A stretch of DNA of 63,625 nt, counting the filler, from Octopus bimaculoides (Eukaryota), in the NCBI RefSeq assembly GCF_001194135.2. It is 4 parts of 3 records of this genome, joined end to end, with 100 filler letters (N's around TTAATTAATTAA, not from the genome) between each part and the next. Parts side by side here need not be neighbours in the genome. Positions count along the whole stretch, not along the records: positions 23,316 to 52,546 come from NC_068986.1; 3 more parts are not named here. The stretch is one strand, 5' to 3'. The notes under the pieces are model-generated. The model searched no databases and was not told where the DNA came from. It saw only the letters and a list, made by a program, of their open reading frames with translations. Positions 23,641-39,323 of this stretch are shown here, in pieces. The translations under genes were made by a program, and so were the position numbers. How positions within the stretch are numbered: the first letter of the stretch is position 1; every line of letters begins with the position of its first letter.

Positions 23641-24024
23641 TCTTTTACTTGTTTCAGTCATTTGATTCCGGCCATGCTGGAGCACTTCCTTGAAGGGTCT
23701 AAGCTGAACAAATTGATCCTCGGACTTTACTTTTTAATACCTGGTACTTATTCTGTCTCTTTTGCCGAACTGCTGGTATGTTTATGGGGACGTAAACATT
23801 CCAGCACCTTTTACGCGGTGGGTGGGGGTACAAATACAAAGACACACACTCTGATATATATAAATATACGAAAGACAGCTTTTATCAGCCAAATCCACTC
23901 ACAAGGCTTTTGTTGACTTGAGGCTATAGTAGAAGACACTTGCCAAAGGTGTTATACAGTAGTACTGAACCCGGAACCATGTTGTTGGAAAGCAAACTTC
24001 TTCCCACATAGCCACGCCTGCGCC
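23641..24024 (-). mobile_element. tRNA-derived SINE family A, near full length
   Basis: Minus-strand head GGCGCAGGCGTGGCTATGTGGGAAGAAG..GGTTCCGGGTTCAGT (A/B-box-like) and tail ..CCAGCATGGCCG..TGACTGAAACAAGTAAAAGA. Confidence 0.85.
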
Positions 24025-24049
24025 TATATATATCTTTTTCTTTTTATCC

Positions 24050-24260
24050 TACTACTTGTTTCAGTCGTTAGACTGCAACTCTGTTGAGACACCTCCTTGA
24101 AGAATTTTTAGTCGAATAAATCGACCCTAGTACTTATTTTTCTTTTAAGCCAGGTACTTCTTCTATCGGCCATTTTTGTCGATCCACTAAGTTACAGAGT
24201 CGTAAACAGATCAACACCGTTTATCAAGCGGTGGGTGGGGACAATGAGACACATACACAC
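24050..24260 (-). mobile_element. SINE family A, 3' half
   Basis: TACTTGTTTCAGTCGTTAGACTGC..GTCGAATAAATCGACCCTAGTACTT. Confidence 0.8.
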
Positions 24261-24894
24261 ACAAACACATACACACGCTTGCGCACACGCGCGCGCGCAC
24301 ACGCACGCACACACACACACACACACACACACATACATACACGTACACACATGTAAGTGTTCGGTACATTTAAAAACAGTTTTTCTCAATATTCTGAGAT
24401 TTCTAACTCGCTTGAAAATGTCGCGAGATACTTATAGTCCATACGTAGCACCGTGGTTCAAAACCTCTCATTTAAGTAAAATTCACAGTTTTTGTTTTGT
24501 ATGTCCTTTAATTCTCCTTTTGTCAAATTCCTAATTCTTATCCTAGATTGTGATTTAAACGATTAGACTAAAAGTACACTCATTTATGCCTTTTAACATA
24601 TTTTCCTTTCTTGTTTTTGTCTGTTGTTGATATAGTGAATTGCTATTGACATAGTGAATTACATTTGTCAAATGCATCAATCAACCACTTTAAGAAATCC
24701 CATTTCGTTCTATATCCGTTCAAAACTATCTCTTTTTTTCATCTGTGTGAATGCACTAATAAATTTGACTGCTTGATGAGTATGTAGGGTGTTTATGACT
24801 TGAATGTTACGTAAGTATGTTTGTATGAATGTCGTCGTGGCTTATGTGTTACATTTTCCATTCTGTGTTGCATATGTGTTTACGATGAATATGA

Positions 24895-25403
24895 TCTTTT
24901 ACATTTTACTGCAGCCATGCCGGGACACCGCCTTAGATGGTTTAGTCCAGTGATTCTCGACGACTTTTGTTTTTTGGACCCCTTTGATTAATATTTTATT
25001 CCAGTAAAACCTCATAGCCATTCGATGTTTCAAAACCTAGTTTTATAGATATTTCTTTCAAAATTCCTATTTTGTTTATTACACATTCACTTATGTAGAC
25101 TGAACTATGTAAAGCGTCAGAGAAAGAAACTTAGCTGTTTCTTGCAATAAATACATCTATTTAAGATTTTTTCACAGACCCTTAACATGTGTCCACAATT
25201 TAGTATTTTGCTTGTCTGGATCCCACAAAATTTTGTATGGACTGTAAAGGGTCATATGGACTACGGTTGAGGACTACTGGTTTAGTCGAATGAATCGACC
25301 CCAGTAACTATTTTTAAACCCTGTTACTCATACTGACGGTATATAATGCCGAACAACTAAGTTAAAGCGATGTAAACAACGGTGAGGAACAAAAAAGAAG
25401 ACA

Positions 25404-25464
<61 letters not shown>

Positions 25465-25565
25465 CGGGTTGTTTCAATTTCAATCGACTCACAAGGTTTT
25501 GGGCGACGCGGGGGCCTTGTAGAAGACACCCAAACTGCCACGCTGTGGTACTAAATCCGCACAAA
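24895..25565 (-). mobile_element. SINE family A interrupted by a hAT-type MITE
   Basis: Family A body resumes in register after 25279 (GTTTAGTCGAATGAATCGACCCCAG). Confidence 0.75.
24948..25279. mobile_element. hAT-type MITE with an 8-bp TSD
   Basis: Imperfect TIRs CAGTGATTCTCGAC / GTTGAGGACTACTG; TSD GTTTAGTC at 24940-24947 and 25280-25287. Confidence 0.85.
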
Positions 25566-25608
25566 CTTGTATATATGTTTGTACGTAGGTACATGCGTAC
25601 GTACGTAC

Positions 25609-25639
<31 letters not shown>

Positions 25640-27777
25640 TGTATGTATGTATGCATGTATGTATGATGATATGTGTGAAGATCTGTACGAACATGTGGGT
25701 GATTTAGGTGCTTCTGTTTGCATACTGCTCCACATATAAGCGTATATATACATATGCGTGTATGTATGTGTGTCTATATGCAAATATATATACATACCCA
25801 TGTATGTAGCCAAATAACAGTTTATATTTACATATGTGTGTATTGATATTGGTAAATATGAATGTGTGCATATAAGTATGCATACATGCATATATGTATG
25901 TATGCATGTATGTATCTATGTATGTGTGTGAAATATATATGTATATAAGCAAATGAAATATCTATGTTTGTGAGCCAGCATTACGCTTCTGTGTATGTGT
26001 GTAATGATATGCTCTCACATATGCACAAAAATATACAAGATTGTGTGTGTGCGCCTATGGGTCTCTACGGGTTTATGTGTGCATGAGCATATGCGAGTCT
26101 GAGTATGATTTTTGTGTGTGCGTGTGTTTGTATGCATGCTTTTGTATAGTTGTGTTTGTGTGTTTGTGTGTATCTATGTATGCATGAGTAACTTTACGTA
26201 TTCTTATTCATCGCCTATGTTCTCCGCCCACGTCACAGTATATTCATTGTTATATGATTTAACCAGTAGCCCCTGTCGAGAAGCCAGTCTGTCGCGGTAA
26301 GTCATATGCGTATGCGTACGCTTGTACGCGTGTGTTCGTGTATAAGTGTGTGTAAGTGTACTTGACTGATGTGTTTATGTGTGTATGCTTGTGTTCCTGA
26401 TCGAATGTGTGCTTCTATTTTCTTTTGACTAATTATCGATGCGCACGCACGCACGCACGCACGCTCACACACACATACACACACACATATGGATTCAGGA
26501 TTACATGCACACATACACATGCACAGTTACACAAACACACCAATCATACAAACACACGCACGTGTTTATAGATGTATGCGCGTATGTGTATATATCTCCG
26601 TGTGTGCATGCGTGTAAATGAGCGCAAACCGAGGAAGAACGAAATAAATGACAGACAGACAGACAGACAGATAGATACATACATACATACATAAGGTGAA
26701 TGTGAAATGAAAAAGGAAAAAGTGTATGACAAAAAAGAGTTAATGAATAACAAGTTTAATTGATAGATGGGGTGAGATCTGAGAGACAGAGTTGGCTGTT
26801 ATTTCTAGCGGATAGAGTGAGTGGGCAAATGTTGACACCTCTGTGTAAAAGGATCAATAAACATGAGAATATTTTGCAACGGCTCTTTATAGGATACTTG
26901 TTTTCAAATTCTACCAAAGTTAGAATGCCAAACAGGATAGATACCTCGCGCAATATCGTCTGGTTTTTTATAGTCTGAGTTCAAATCCTGCTGTGATTAA
27001 ACAACCACAATAATGAAAAGAATTGGAACTCTATCATATATAAACACTCATAGTTAACAAGTGATAGATGGTGAGACAGCGACCAGCGTGATGATAAGGA
27101 TGATAATGATGCTAGCGATACATCATTTGTCAATGATCTAGTGACATTTCTGAGCCCCTGCTTAGAACGGGGAACTGTAAATCATCGTGAATTGAACCAT
27201 CGAAAATTCGATGACTCGGCTTACGTGTAATAAACTTCCTGATTAGGGTCCAGCATACGAACCAACAACACGAGCGAATGATAGAGCTTCTAGGTTTTTG
27301 TTCAAGATGTTAATAGTACTAGCAATCAAACGTTCAGCAACTCACACATTATCGCATTCAAAATATGGACATATTGTTTAATGTAGTTCTAGACTATGCT
27401 ACGTCTGAATATAGCTGGGATGGTCACAATGGAACACCATTGACCATAGATAAGTGTCCACAATGCTTCGGGCTAAAAACAACAACCACAACAACAATAA
27501 CGACAACATTAACAACTAATACTTTCCACCTGCAAACGAAGCACTTCTGCTTGGCTGTTCACTATGAAGATAATAAAATGCCACCAATTCCTTCCCATAG
27601 CATAGTATATTACCTTGGAAAAAGAAGGGAGCCATTGGATAATGTAGTCTTATAGACCCCTAAAGAGATGGTGATGGCTAGAATGACTTTGATGATAGAC
27701 CTGCTATAGCGTGGATTGCACTGGGGCGAAACAGCAAGACTCAGTTTCGATTTCACCCACACAGAGACAAATATGCT

Positions 27778-27847
<70 letters not shown>

Positions 27848-28439
27848 CACAGTTATTTCATATATATATAATTACAGTTGAAAGCTATTCAATTAATGAT
27901 GTTAATAATTAAAAATTATTGATAGTAAATCCACTGCCATAGTTGATACAAAGCGGTGCAAGAGATGAACTGACTGATATAAACAGATTTTAGGCTTTAT
28001 AGTAAAGTACTTTACAATATGTCGGTTCAAATCCTGAAGGACGTGTAAATCTCAATTATCATTGTCCTTGGATAGCTAAAATCATTATTTGTAATCTCAT
28101 GGGATCAGTTCCTTTTCTTTTTTTACTTTTTTTTTTTTTTTGCTTAAATAAAAAGATTGTTCCATACCAAGATATGTGAGTCTCTACGCAGCCGCATGAC
28201 TTGCTAGTGATAGTAACCAAACCCCCTGAAATCTTATAATAAATATTACATGCATACATACGTAAGATATGTATAAATATATCTTTTATTTTTTACTTGT
28301 TTCAGTCATCAGACTGCGGCCATACTGGGACACTGCGGTGGCGGCGGTGGAGTTAGTATCGGGTGGACCGTATGCAAAGCTGTGTGAAGTAGTAGCCAAA
28401 TAAGACATATCCAAAATGGCCTACTTGTGGTTATTATTG

Positions 28440-28565
28440 ATGTTATTGTTGTTTTTAGCCCCAATTCAACCATGAGAACATAGGACTACGTTATCCAGTG
28501 TATCTATTATAAGACAATAATATGTGATTTGAATGAGATATGGTCGCTGTTTCTGGCAGGTTGAG
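28440..28565. mobile_element. Old dispersed repeat with GATTTGGCTGCTATTTCTAGCAGG-like core
   Basis: Diverged cores also near 11761, 26770, 37320, 38570, 41425 and 44722; the opposite-strand GGGGCGAAACAGCAA part lies at about 27540-27735. Confidence 0.6.
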
Positions 28566-28707
28566 CTCAAGATTCATTAAGTTGTTGTTTATGGTCGAGG
28601 AGAGTGACGTGTTTGTACACGTAGTTTGTATTATTGTCGCTGTTGTTCTTGGTGTTCTTGTTACTGTTAATGTTTAACTCCGGTTCAACACTGACTGAAC
28701 AGACTTA

Positions 28708-28923
28708 CGAGGGGGTGCTGAAAAGTTCCTGGCTTTGGGTAAAAGAAAATACAGGAGAATCAGTTAATCATGATTTTATTCAACATGTTCCCCTCTTAGA
28801 TTCACACACTTGTTGCAGCGGTCCTTCAGTTTTTCTATGCCCCGTGAAAGAACTCGAAAGGTTGGGCCTCCAGCCAGGCTTTTCGCGATACCCTTAAGAC
28901 CAGGAACTCTTCAGCATCCCTTG
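28708..28923. mobile_element. mariner-type MITE with TA TSDs
   Basis: TA|CGAGGGGGTGCTGAAAAGTTCCTGG ... CCAGGAACTCTTCAGCATCCCTTG|TA. Confidence 0.88.
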
Positions 28924-30212
28924 TATTATCAAACGCATCCTAGCCGTGGCCATTCCATCTCTTCCTTCCTGCAGAGGAGCCATGACTATATTATCCAACG
29001 TGTCGGTTGTTTTAGTAGAAAGTGGGTGTATTTTGAAGGAGACTTCACAGCAATTTCTTGCAGGTAAAGTGATGAGTTAGAATCTATAGTGATAGCAGTG
29101 GTCTTGGTGTTGGCGTTGGCGATGGTAGTAGATACCATCATAATGCATCTGATGGTATTTTGGACCTATTTTAGTATCATTACTGATGGTGATAGGAGGC
29201 TGCGTATTCGCAGAATCGTTACAAAGTCGAAAAACAAAAAGTATTTTTGTACTACCCTTGCTCTTTACATTCTAAGTTCAAATCTCGCTCTCACCAAATT
29301 TTGCCTTTCATTTCACCGGGTTCTATGAAACGAAGGACCAGTCGAGCATTTATGGTCGATGGTATCGACTAACACCCTATCCTCAAAATTGCTGGCTAAT
29401 TACGTTAGCATATGTATCAGTTTTGAATGGCCGCCATTATGGAGAGCAAAAGAAGGTGATAGCTTGTTGCTATTTGGAATAAATAGAAAACGAGATCACA
29501 TCTTGACATATTTTAGGTTCACCAGGCATGACATAATACCAACTAATCCGTGTCCGGTTTAACAATGTACAGATTTCATTCTCATTTGAGTTCCACGACA
29601 AAATGTTAAATTACCATAAGTACATATTTGTGTAATGTATGTATATACATGTGTATGTGTGTGTGAGTGTATATATATATATATTCCTGGTGGTTAATAG
29701 GTCATAGGAACATCGAGAGGCTATATAATATTTGCGTATGAATATATTCTATCCATAAAAATATAAAATGACTTATATTGTTTTCGAGGTAAACACGCTT
29801 AGTTTCGCTGGGAAAAATAAACATGGTTACATTTTTTTCTATTCTTCTTTTGTCAGGGAAGCGAATTTTTTATGTTTAACAAAAATGTATACCTTATACA
29901 TATTCATAAATATCAGACCCTACCCTCACAAAGAAAACAAAATTTAGATATTTAAATGATGTTCCCTTCTGTTTAACATTTTACGCTTATAACAGTTAAT
30001 TTCATACAGAATTTTAGTGCTGAATTCTCTAATTAGGTGTTGCCTTATACTTTTGTCCAATGGTTTTTAGTTTTCATTTTAGTGTGAATATGTGTTATGA
30101 AGTTTGGTTCTAAACCACATGGTTCTGGATTCATTCTCACTGCGTAGCACTTTTCCTCTGGTGTTCGAGTACTATTTTTTCCACCTTGTTTCGCTTTTAT
30201 GTGCTTACTCTC

Positions 30213-30273
<61 letters not shown>

Positions 30274-31710
30274 CATTCATACAAACATACATACATACAA
30301 ACATATACGTATGTTCATTCTTAGAGCATGTTATATAGAAGAAATACAATTTAACGTTAAACAGAAGGATTGGCCTGTTGTAAACCTGTAACAGACGGCG
30401 CTATTTTTCATTAATTCCAATATAAAAATAAGATGAAAGTAAGTGTACTGTCCAGATTACCAACATTGGAATTGAAATCACGATCTATGAGCTGGCAGTC
30501 GTATTCTAACCTAACGCAATCATTTTATTTGCAATCTCGGTAATGTGATATGTTCACACATATACTCATTATGCGTTCAATAGGTAAAGCATAGTTTAAC
30601 ATTATATTAACGGTTAAATACTGCCTGATTTATGGGAAATTCCGTATTTGTGTGTGTATGCGTTTGTTTCTGTGCGTGCATGTGTTTGTTTTGTGTATGT
30701 GTGCGTATACGCGCATATGTATATATGTGTGTATGCGTGTGTACGCGCACGCGCAAGTGTATTCATACATACGCATATCTGTGTTCGTAAACGTATAATA
30801 CTGTTGTAAGTAACTGAATGGTTACTGTAATATTGATTACTATACGAAGTAATATTTCCTTGTTTAAACAAACGATAAATCATCTGTACGTATTTCCATA
30901 GTTACACATTTTTTTTTAATTAATTAGCAGGAAGTAGAGGAGGGGCACTGCCCTTGACCTTTGATGCCTATCCAAGATCAAGGAGATCAATATAATTTAT
31001 ATTCAGCTTCAGTTTCTGTAGGTCGACATCTATAGGAAATATTTTTGACTGAGGATGTGATAACGTGGGAGTAGAGCGAATTGTTGTAACGAAGAAAAAC
31101 TGAGAAATGCGTTAAGCAATGTTGTGCATGCGATAGAAGACGCAGATAGTAAAGACAGGGTCTGTAACAGAATGGTTATTGATGTCTTTTAGTCTTAGGT
31201 CAGCTCCACTTGAATAAAGCTATTCTGGAAACTATTCTGCCAATGACAATCTTCTTTCTTTTTCATTTTCTTCAGATATATNNNNNNNNNNNNNNNNNNN
31301 NNNNNNNNNNNNNNNNNNNNNNNNNNNNNNNNNNNNNNNNNNNNNNNNNNNNNNNNNNNNNNNNNNNNNNNNNNNNNNNNNNNNNNNNNNNNNNNNNNNN
31401 NNNNNNNNNNNNNNNNNNNNNNNNNNNNNNNNNNNNNNNNNNNNNNNNNNNNNNNNNNNNNNNNNNNNNNNNNNNNNNNNNNNNNNNNNNNNNNNNNNNN
31501 NNNNNNNNNNNNNNNNNNNNNNNNNNNNNNNNNNNNNNNNNNNNNNNNNNNNNNNNNNNNNNNNNNNNNNNNNNNNNNNNNNNNNNNNNNNNNNNNNNNN
31601 NNNNNNNNNNNNNNNNNNNNNNNNNNNNNNNNNNNNNNNNNNNNNNAAACTATTCTGCCAATGACAATCTTCTTTCTTTTTCATTTTCTTCAGATATATT
31701 TTGTCCTCTA

Positions 31711-31945
31711 TCTTTTATCTTTTACTCGGTTCAGTCATTAAACTGCGGCCATGCTGGAGCACCACCTCGATGACTTTTTAGCCGAACGGATCGACCCCAG
31801 TAAATATTTTTATCTTTTAAACCTGGTATTTATTCTATCGGAATCTTTTGCCGAACTTTTAAGTTACGGGGACATAAACACACCAACACCACCTGTCAAG
31901 CGGTAGTGGTGGACAACACAGGCAAACACACACACACACACATAC
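31711..31945 (-). mobile_element. SINE family A, 3' half
   Basis: TTCAGTCATTAAACTGCGGCCATGCTGGAGCACCACC..ATCGACCCCAG. Confidence 0.8.
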
Positions 31946-32281
31946 ACACACATATGTGCATATATATAAATAGGAAATCATTGTTGTGTGTTTGTTCATT
32001 GAATTACTTTACAGTCGATCAAATAGCTTTGCGGTATGTTTCTGCGTGTAACAGTAATACCGTTCGAGATATAAGAACGGTAATCGCCCAAAGATGCCTG
32101 CGGTTCTTATATCACAGCTTATCATGCAAAAGTTTCGTGGTCCTAAAAATCATGATGGCAAATGCGTAAACCACAAAAATGACGATTTAGGGGGATGCGC
32201 TGAAAGAAGCATTCTTCTTTGCACGTCTCATTCCTATCGATGACCATTTCTACTCAGCATTGATTTTTTTTTCTTTTCTGC

Positions 32282-32339
<58 letters not shown>

Positions 32340-32800
32340 NNNNNNNNNNNNNNNNNNNNNNNNNNNNNNNNNNNNNNNNNNNNNNNNNNNNNNNNNNNNN
32401 NNNNNNNNNNNNNNNNNNNNNNNNNNNNNNNNNNNNNNNNNNNNNNNNNNNNNNNNNNNNNNNNNNNNNNNNNNNNNNNNNNNNNNNNNNNNNNNNNNNN
32501 NNNNNNNNNNNNNNNNNNNNNNNNNNNNNNNNNNNNNNNNNNNNNNNNNNNNNNNNNNNNNNNNNNNNNNNNNNNNNNNNNNNNNNNNNNNNNNNNNNNN
32601 NNNNNNNNNNNNNNNNNNNNNNNNNNNNNNNNNNNNNNNNNNNNNNNNNNNNNNNNNNNNNNNNNNNNNNNNNNNNNNNNNNNNNNNNNNNNNNNNNNNN
32701 NNNNNNNNNNNNNNNNNNNNNNNNNNNNNNNNNNNNNNNNNNNNNNNNNNNNNNNNNNNNNNNNNNNNNNNNNNNNNNNNNNNNNNNNNNNNNNNNNNNN

Positions 32801-32857
<57 letters not shown>

Positions 32858-33205
32858 TGCATATATATATATATACATATATACAGACACATAAATATAT
32901 ACATGCATGTAAGAATTTAAGTATGTGCGTTATGTAGGTGCCTTAGATCTGTATGCGCGCACACACGCACACACACACACACTCACTTACATACTCACAT
33001 ACACATACATACATACATACATACATACATACATACATACATACATACATACACATACAGAGACATATTAATCGATGATGGTTTTAAGTAGTTAAAGTAA
33101 TATGGCTGTGAAAATGGTAACCACGTTAGCGATAAAAAATTAAACAAAAAAAGGTGACAACAACGAGAGTGAATAAATATATAATGAAAGAAAAAAAGAA
33201 AGAAA

Positions 33206-33237
<32 letters not shown>

Positions 33238-33639
33238 TAAAGAAAGGAAGGAAGAAGGAAAGAAAGGTATATAGTAATTAGGATGATTATCTGAAACTTC
33301 ACACGTGAAATTTAATGTTTAGCCCAGAGAACTTTAGATGGGTCAAAGACTGGAACCACCCGACCATATCTTTGTGAATGTATGCATGAGCTTATGTCTG
33401 GCTGTCAGTCGGTATGTATGTGTGGATATATGTGTGTGCGCGCGTGTGTGTATGTATGTGTGTTTGCGCGCGCGAACGAGCGTGTATGTAAGCATATATG
33501 TCTCACGAACATACATTGTGTATGTATGTGTATGCTTAAAACATATTAAGGTAGAATTTTGACTTATCTCTTTCAAATTTATGTACATATATTTGTATTA
33601 ATTAACTTTAAAAGACACTCCTCACTATTACCATCTTCT

Positions 33640-34370
<731 letters not shown>

Positions 34371-35829
34371 TAATAATAAATATAACTATTATCATCATCA
34401 TCACCACCATTATTATTATTATTAGTAGTAGTAGTAGTAGTAGTCGGTTGCGTTACTTTTACTTCTGACGTTCAAATCTTCTCAAGATCAATATTGCCTT
34501 TTAATGTTTCTAGAGTCAATAAAATAGGAATCTAATGTAAATTGGTTGTGTCATTTTCTCTAAAACAGGTGGCCTTTTTTATTTTATTTCATTTTTACGA
34601 TTTAGTCAGAGAAGTTAAGGCGTCATCTATGACCATGCTCAAAGCAATCGAGACTTGTATGAATTGTCCTCAAACCAAGTAGATCCTTGGTTTGGATGCT
34701 ACAAGAAAAGGCTTATTTTGGCCTTTCTTTCTGCCCCATCACATCGACGAAAGTAACTTAATCCACCGATAAATTCTTTGACAAGCACTTAGTGCATTTT
34801 TTTTTTAAGGAAATTCAAAAGTGGGTTTTCGTTGCATCTCTCCGGGCATGCGTTTTACATGACAATATTTTGTGAACTAAATGCTGACAAGTTCGCCATT
34901 CTTGATCGGGCACTTAGAATATAAAGTGCTGGATGAAATACCTCTAATCATTTTCTCCATTTTAATGATGTTCCTCCAGTACATCACCTTGAAATGATAC
35001 TATATATATCGATCCCGGTCGGAAGGAAGGCGAAGCTGTCATCATTGGTATTTGAACTCAATGCGCAAATAGCCTAGATAAATATCGTCGGGCATTCTGT
35101 CCGGTACTCTAAACGATTTTGCCTACTTGTTGCCTTATGTACTTTGGTAAACACGCTTAGGACCAGATGTCGGTATTAACACGGGCATTGCGTTTTGTTT
35201 ACCGCCACGAACAGGCACAATTTATCTACCGGGCTTCCGCACTGTATCCATTTCGTTTACAACGCTTGGACCAATCTTTATGGCAGAGAGCTCTTGCGCC
35301 TTGTGCCGCATAGATCACCATGATTGCGAAGAACTTAACTCACAAGGTCATGTTTATGTATGGACCTCATAACTTTTAAATCTACACTATGATACACCAT
35401 ACATTTTATAGGTTTAGGTGACATAGCTTCTTTAACAGTGTTACCTCTACTTCAGTTTTGATTTAGGTTGCTACTGGCAATGATGAACACGGCGATGACA
35501 TCATTAATCTATACATGCTTTAATCTTTATCATCGTCGTCGTCGTTGTCGTCATCATCACCATCACCATCACCATCATCATAATCATGATCATCCATTGT
35601 ATCAGTATTATTAATCTCAAACTCTTTCAGCTGTGTCTTTTGCCTTTGTTGTTGTTGCTGTTTTTGTTGATGTCAATTTGGTTGTTTCCAGTTATTTTCG
35701 ATGTTGTTGTTGTTGCTACTCTTATTCTCCTTGCGTTTGTTGTTGATGTGGCTGTTGGTCCTTTTGTTTTCTTGTTATTGCTTGTAGTTGCTAGCATTTT
35801 CATTCTTCTTCTTATTGTTGTTGTTCTTA

Positions 35830-35852
35830 TCATTATTATTGTTGATGCTAAC

Positions 35853-35912
<60 letters not shown>

Positions 35913-35961
35913 GATGATGATGATGATGACGACGATGATGATGATGATGACGACGATGATG

Positions 35962-35992
<31 letters not shown>

Positions 35993-36116
35993 CGACGACG
36001 ATGATGATGATGAGGATGATGATGATGATGAAGACGGTAGTGGTGTTGGGGCGGCGGTGAAGCTACTGCTGCTGCCTCTAATGATGACGAGGTTGATGAT
36101 GATGAAGAGGATGATG

Positions 36117-36148
<32 letters not shown>

Positions 36149-36157
36149 GACGACGAC

Positions 36158-36193
<36 letters not shown>

Positions 36194-36254
36194 GACGGTA
36201 GTGGTGTTGGGGCGGCGGTGATGCTACTGCTGCTGCCTCTAATGATGACGAGGT

Positions 36255-36292
<38 letters not shown>
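35830..36292. repeat. (GAT)n array with a duplicated ~75-bp unique insert
   Basis: GAAGACGGTAGTGGTGTTGGGGCGGCGGTGA..GCTGCCTCTAATGATGACGAGGTT at about 36030 and 36191. Confidence 0.95.
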
Positions 36293-39291
36293 CTCTCTTC
36301 TCGTTAGTGTTATTGCTGTTGTTGATACTGACGATATTGATGAATCGAGCAGTGTTGTTATTAGTGTTATTACTGTTGGGTTTTTTTATTGTTACGCTTG
36401 TTGTTATTGTTTTTATTGTTGTTGTTTAAAATCATTGAAGTGTTAACATTCAATTTCACAACTCAGTTTCCAATTTGATTTCCAGTGTGAATATATCTTC
36501 CAGCATTTATTTTTGAAGGATTTTTCTCACTGTGATGCTTGTCTGACGGTCGCTCCAACTGTCTCTATCTCTTCGTTTCTTTACATTTTAACATTATATT
36601 CCACCAATTTTTGTTTTAGGTTGCTTTTTGTTTTCTTTTTTGTCTGTTTGTAACTGATTTATCTTGCAATGGATGAATGCTATTTATTAAAAAATATTGA
36701 AAACAACATCAACAACATACCAAAAGCAATGACAACAACAACACATCTAAAAAAATCGAGATCAGATTTGGTTGCTACACTGCCCATTCTAATGACCGAT
36801 GCTCCTCCGACCCGCTCTTCTGAAGAAGTTTGCTGATTAAGAATAAGAACAACAACAACATCAATAATAGAAGCATAAAGAATAATAATAAACAGGATGT
36901 GGCGTGTTGAGGTGGGGCTGGGGNNNNNNNNNNNNNNNNNNNNNNNNNNNNNNNNNNNNNNNNNNNNNNNNNNNNNNNNNNNNNNNNNNNNNNNNNNNNN
37001 NNNNNNNNNNNNNNNNNNGGGGTCTAATCCAACTTAAAATAGCTAACCAAACGTTTCTTGACGGCATTTGCACTATTTTGCTTGATTAATAAGAAAATTA
37101 TTGATTATTATTATGATGATGATGATCACCTCCACAACTACGACGATAACGATGATGACGATGTGGACGATGATGATAACAGTGACGAATATGATCAGTG
37201 ATGTGGTTTAACCCAGGAGTTAGATGAGATCTAAGAAACCCATGGTCAAAAATGTTCCCATTATAAGCATATCGACTTTTTTTTTATCAAATCTCACCAC
37301 TCTTTCCTAAAACGGTAGTAAGTGATTTGAATTTGATTTGGCTGTTACTGCTAATGCTAGCGATGAAGAGGAGAAGGAGGAAGAAGAGAACGACGATGAC
37401 GACGACGACAACGACAACTACACCATTATCCTAATCGTAGCCTCAGTCATCACCAGTTTCGATCCTACTTGTATCCTCGACCAAAGCAACAGGACGGTTT
37501 CCAAACCACGTGAGTGAAATCGTTGGATATTAATAATACTGATTATAATTATGTCGGCAGCGGCAGCGGCGATGACAACGATGATGATGCTGATGATGAT
37601 GATGTTTAAAACTAGCTCAAAATTAATTGAATAGATCGAGGACTAAGCTGTGATTTTGATTGTTATTGGCAACCCATATTCTTATTTCCGATTCTGTAAC
37701 GTATATACTTTTGCTAGTGTTGTTACTGGAAGAATCGCTTAGCGAATCGGACAACATGCTTAGCCGTATTGTTTCGACTCTCTACATTCTGAGTTCATAC
37801 CATGCTGAGGTCAAATTTGTCTTTCACTTCTTTAGGGCCGGTATAACAAAGTACTGGTCAATTATTGCAATAGGGTGTAGAGAAGTATTTATAAGAGTGT
37901 GATGCAGTGTAGTGAAAAATGTATTACAGTCAAATGCTGTGTAGGGAAGACTGTATAGTTTAGTATAGAAAGTCAAGAGGGTAACACCGCTTGCAGGTAG
38001 AGGTCAGGAAGGTAAAAAAGAAGGATGAAATATTGTAAATGAATAAATTAGGGGAAGTTAGGAGAAGTGAAAAGCAATAAAGAACAAAACAAAAAGAGGT
38101 GAAACCTCCTTTGGTTTATTCAGTTACAATATTTCATCGTCCTCTTTTGCCTTCCTAACTAACGGTGTGACCCTGTTGTTTGTCTTTCTATATTATACCA
38201 TAACAATGTTGTCTGAGATGCACCAGCACATGATACTGTACAGATGTCTAAAATAATAAATCAAAAAATGTATAACAGTTTTAATGTAGCGTAATGAAAA
38301 ATGTCGAGTACTGTGTCCTGAAGTATGGCAATGTTATACGATGCAGCGAAACATGTATGACAGTGTAGTGTTATATGATGAAGTAACAATGACAGCGTAG
38401 TGTAATGAAGTGTGACAATGTTCTTATGGTTTAGACTCAGGATAGCCCAGATCGAAGAGATCCACGATCAAAAACGTTGCCCCCTTTTACCGTGCTAATG
38501 TTTTGTATATTTCTTACATTTGTGACTACAATGTCCAGCGTGTCCTTTCTACATTTTAAGGGAGTTGGGTGTGATTTAAGAGAGATTTGGCTTCATGCAG
38601 AAGTATTCCATTCTAACGCAGTAGAGCATAATACAGCATAGTATAGTATCGAACAGTGTGAAGAGTGTGTAATGTAAAGCTTGGAATGGTTCCAATATTG
38701 ACATACTTGAAGTGGACATTAGCTGATAACTCAAAGCTGCAACATAAAACTGATATTTCAATATTGTTTTCCTTCTGATTAGACACAAAGGCAACTTCCA
38801 TTAATGAGTCACTAACTTCCATGGAGAGGAAGGTAAAAGCGGTTGAGACGTTTATCTTCTTTTTCGTTATTAGTGAACACTGTAGAGATCTAAATGAAGT
38901 GAGTTCACTATAACCGGGATTGTAGGAGGCTGTGCAGTTGGTTCGGAGTGAGCTTATTTTATATTATGCTACATTCGGTTCTTTTCTGCACTACGCGGAC
39001 TTAAGTCATACTCAAGGAATTTCTATAACCTCCTCTTTCTCATCTCACTCATTTACTATATAAATACAAATGTACGCGCATGCTCGCATACACACGTAAG
39101 AACACACGTATATCCTGAAGGGCAATAGTAATTTATAGGTTTCGTCAGGTGTTCATCTGAGACTTATCCACACTGCAACACTTAAAACTGTAACTTTAAA
39201 TATAGATAGGAAAAGAAAATTAAAACCGACCGGCTTTGCTTAGCAATTGTGTATGTATGTAAATGCATACATACATACATACATACATACA

Positions 39292-39323
<32 letters not shown>

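Noticed and set aside
27365-27655. 96-aa ORF MDILFNVVLDY..
   Set aside because: Its 3' half overlaps the old dispersed repeat and its middle is an (ACA)n tract; no splice or homology support.
30945-30970. TGCCCTTGACCTTTGATG nuclear-receptor/TCF-like sites
   Set aside because: Short motifs expected by chance in 63 kb, with no conservation data.
34570-35000. Protein-like frames (YWRNIIKMEKMIRG.. on minus; DHAQSNRDLYEL.. on plus)
   Set aside because: Both are broken by stops. There is a faint CR1-like resemblance only, too weak to call.
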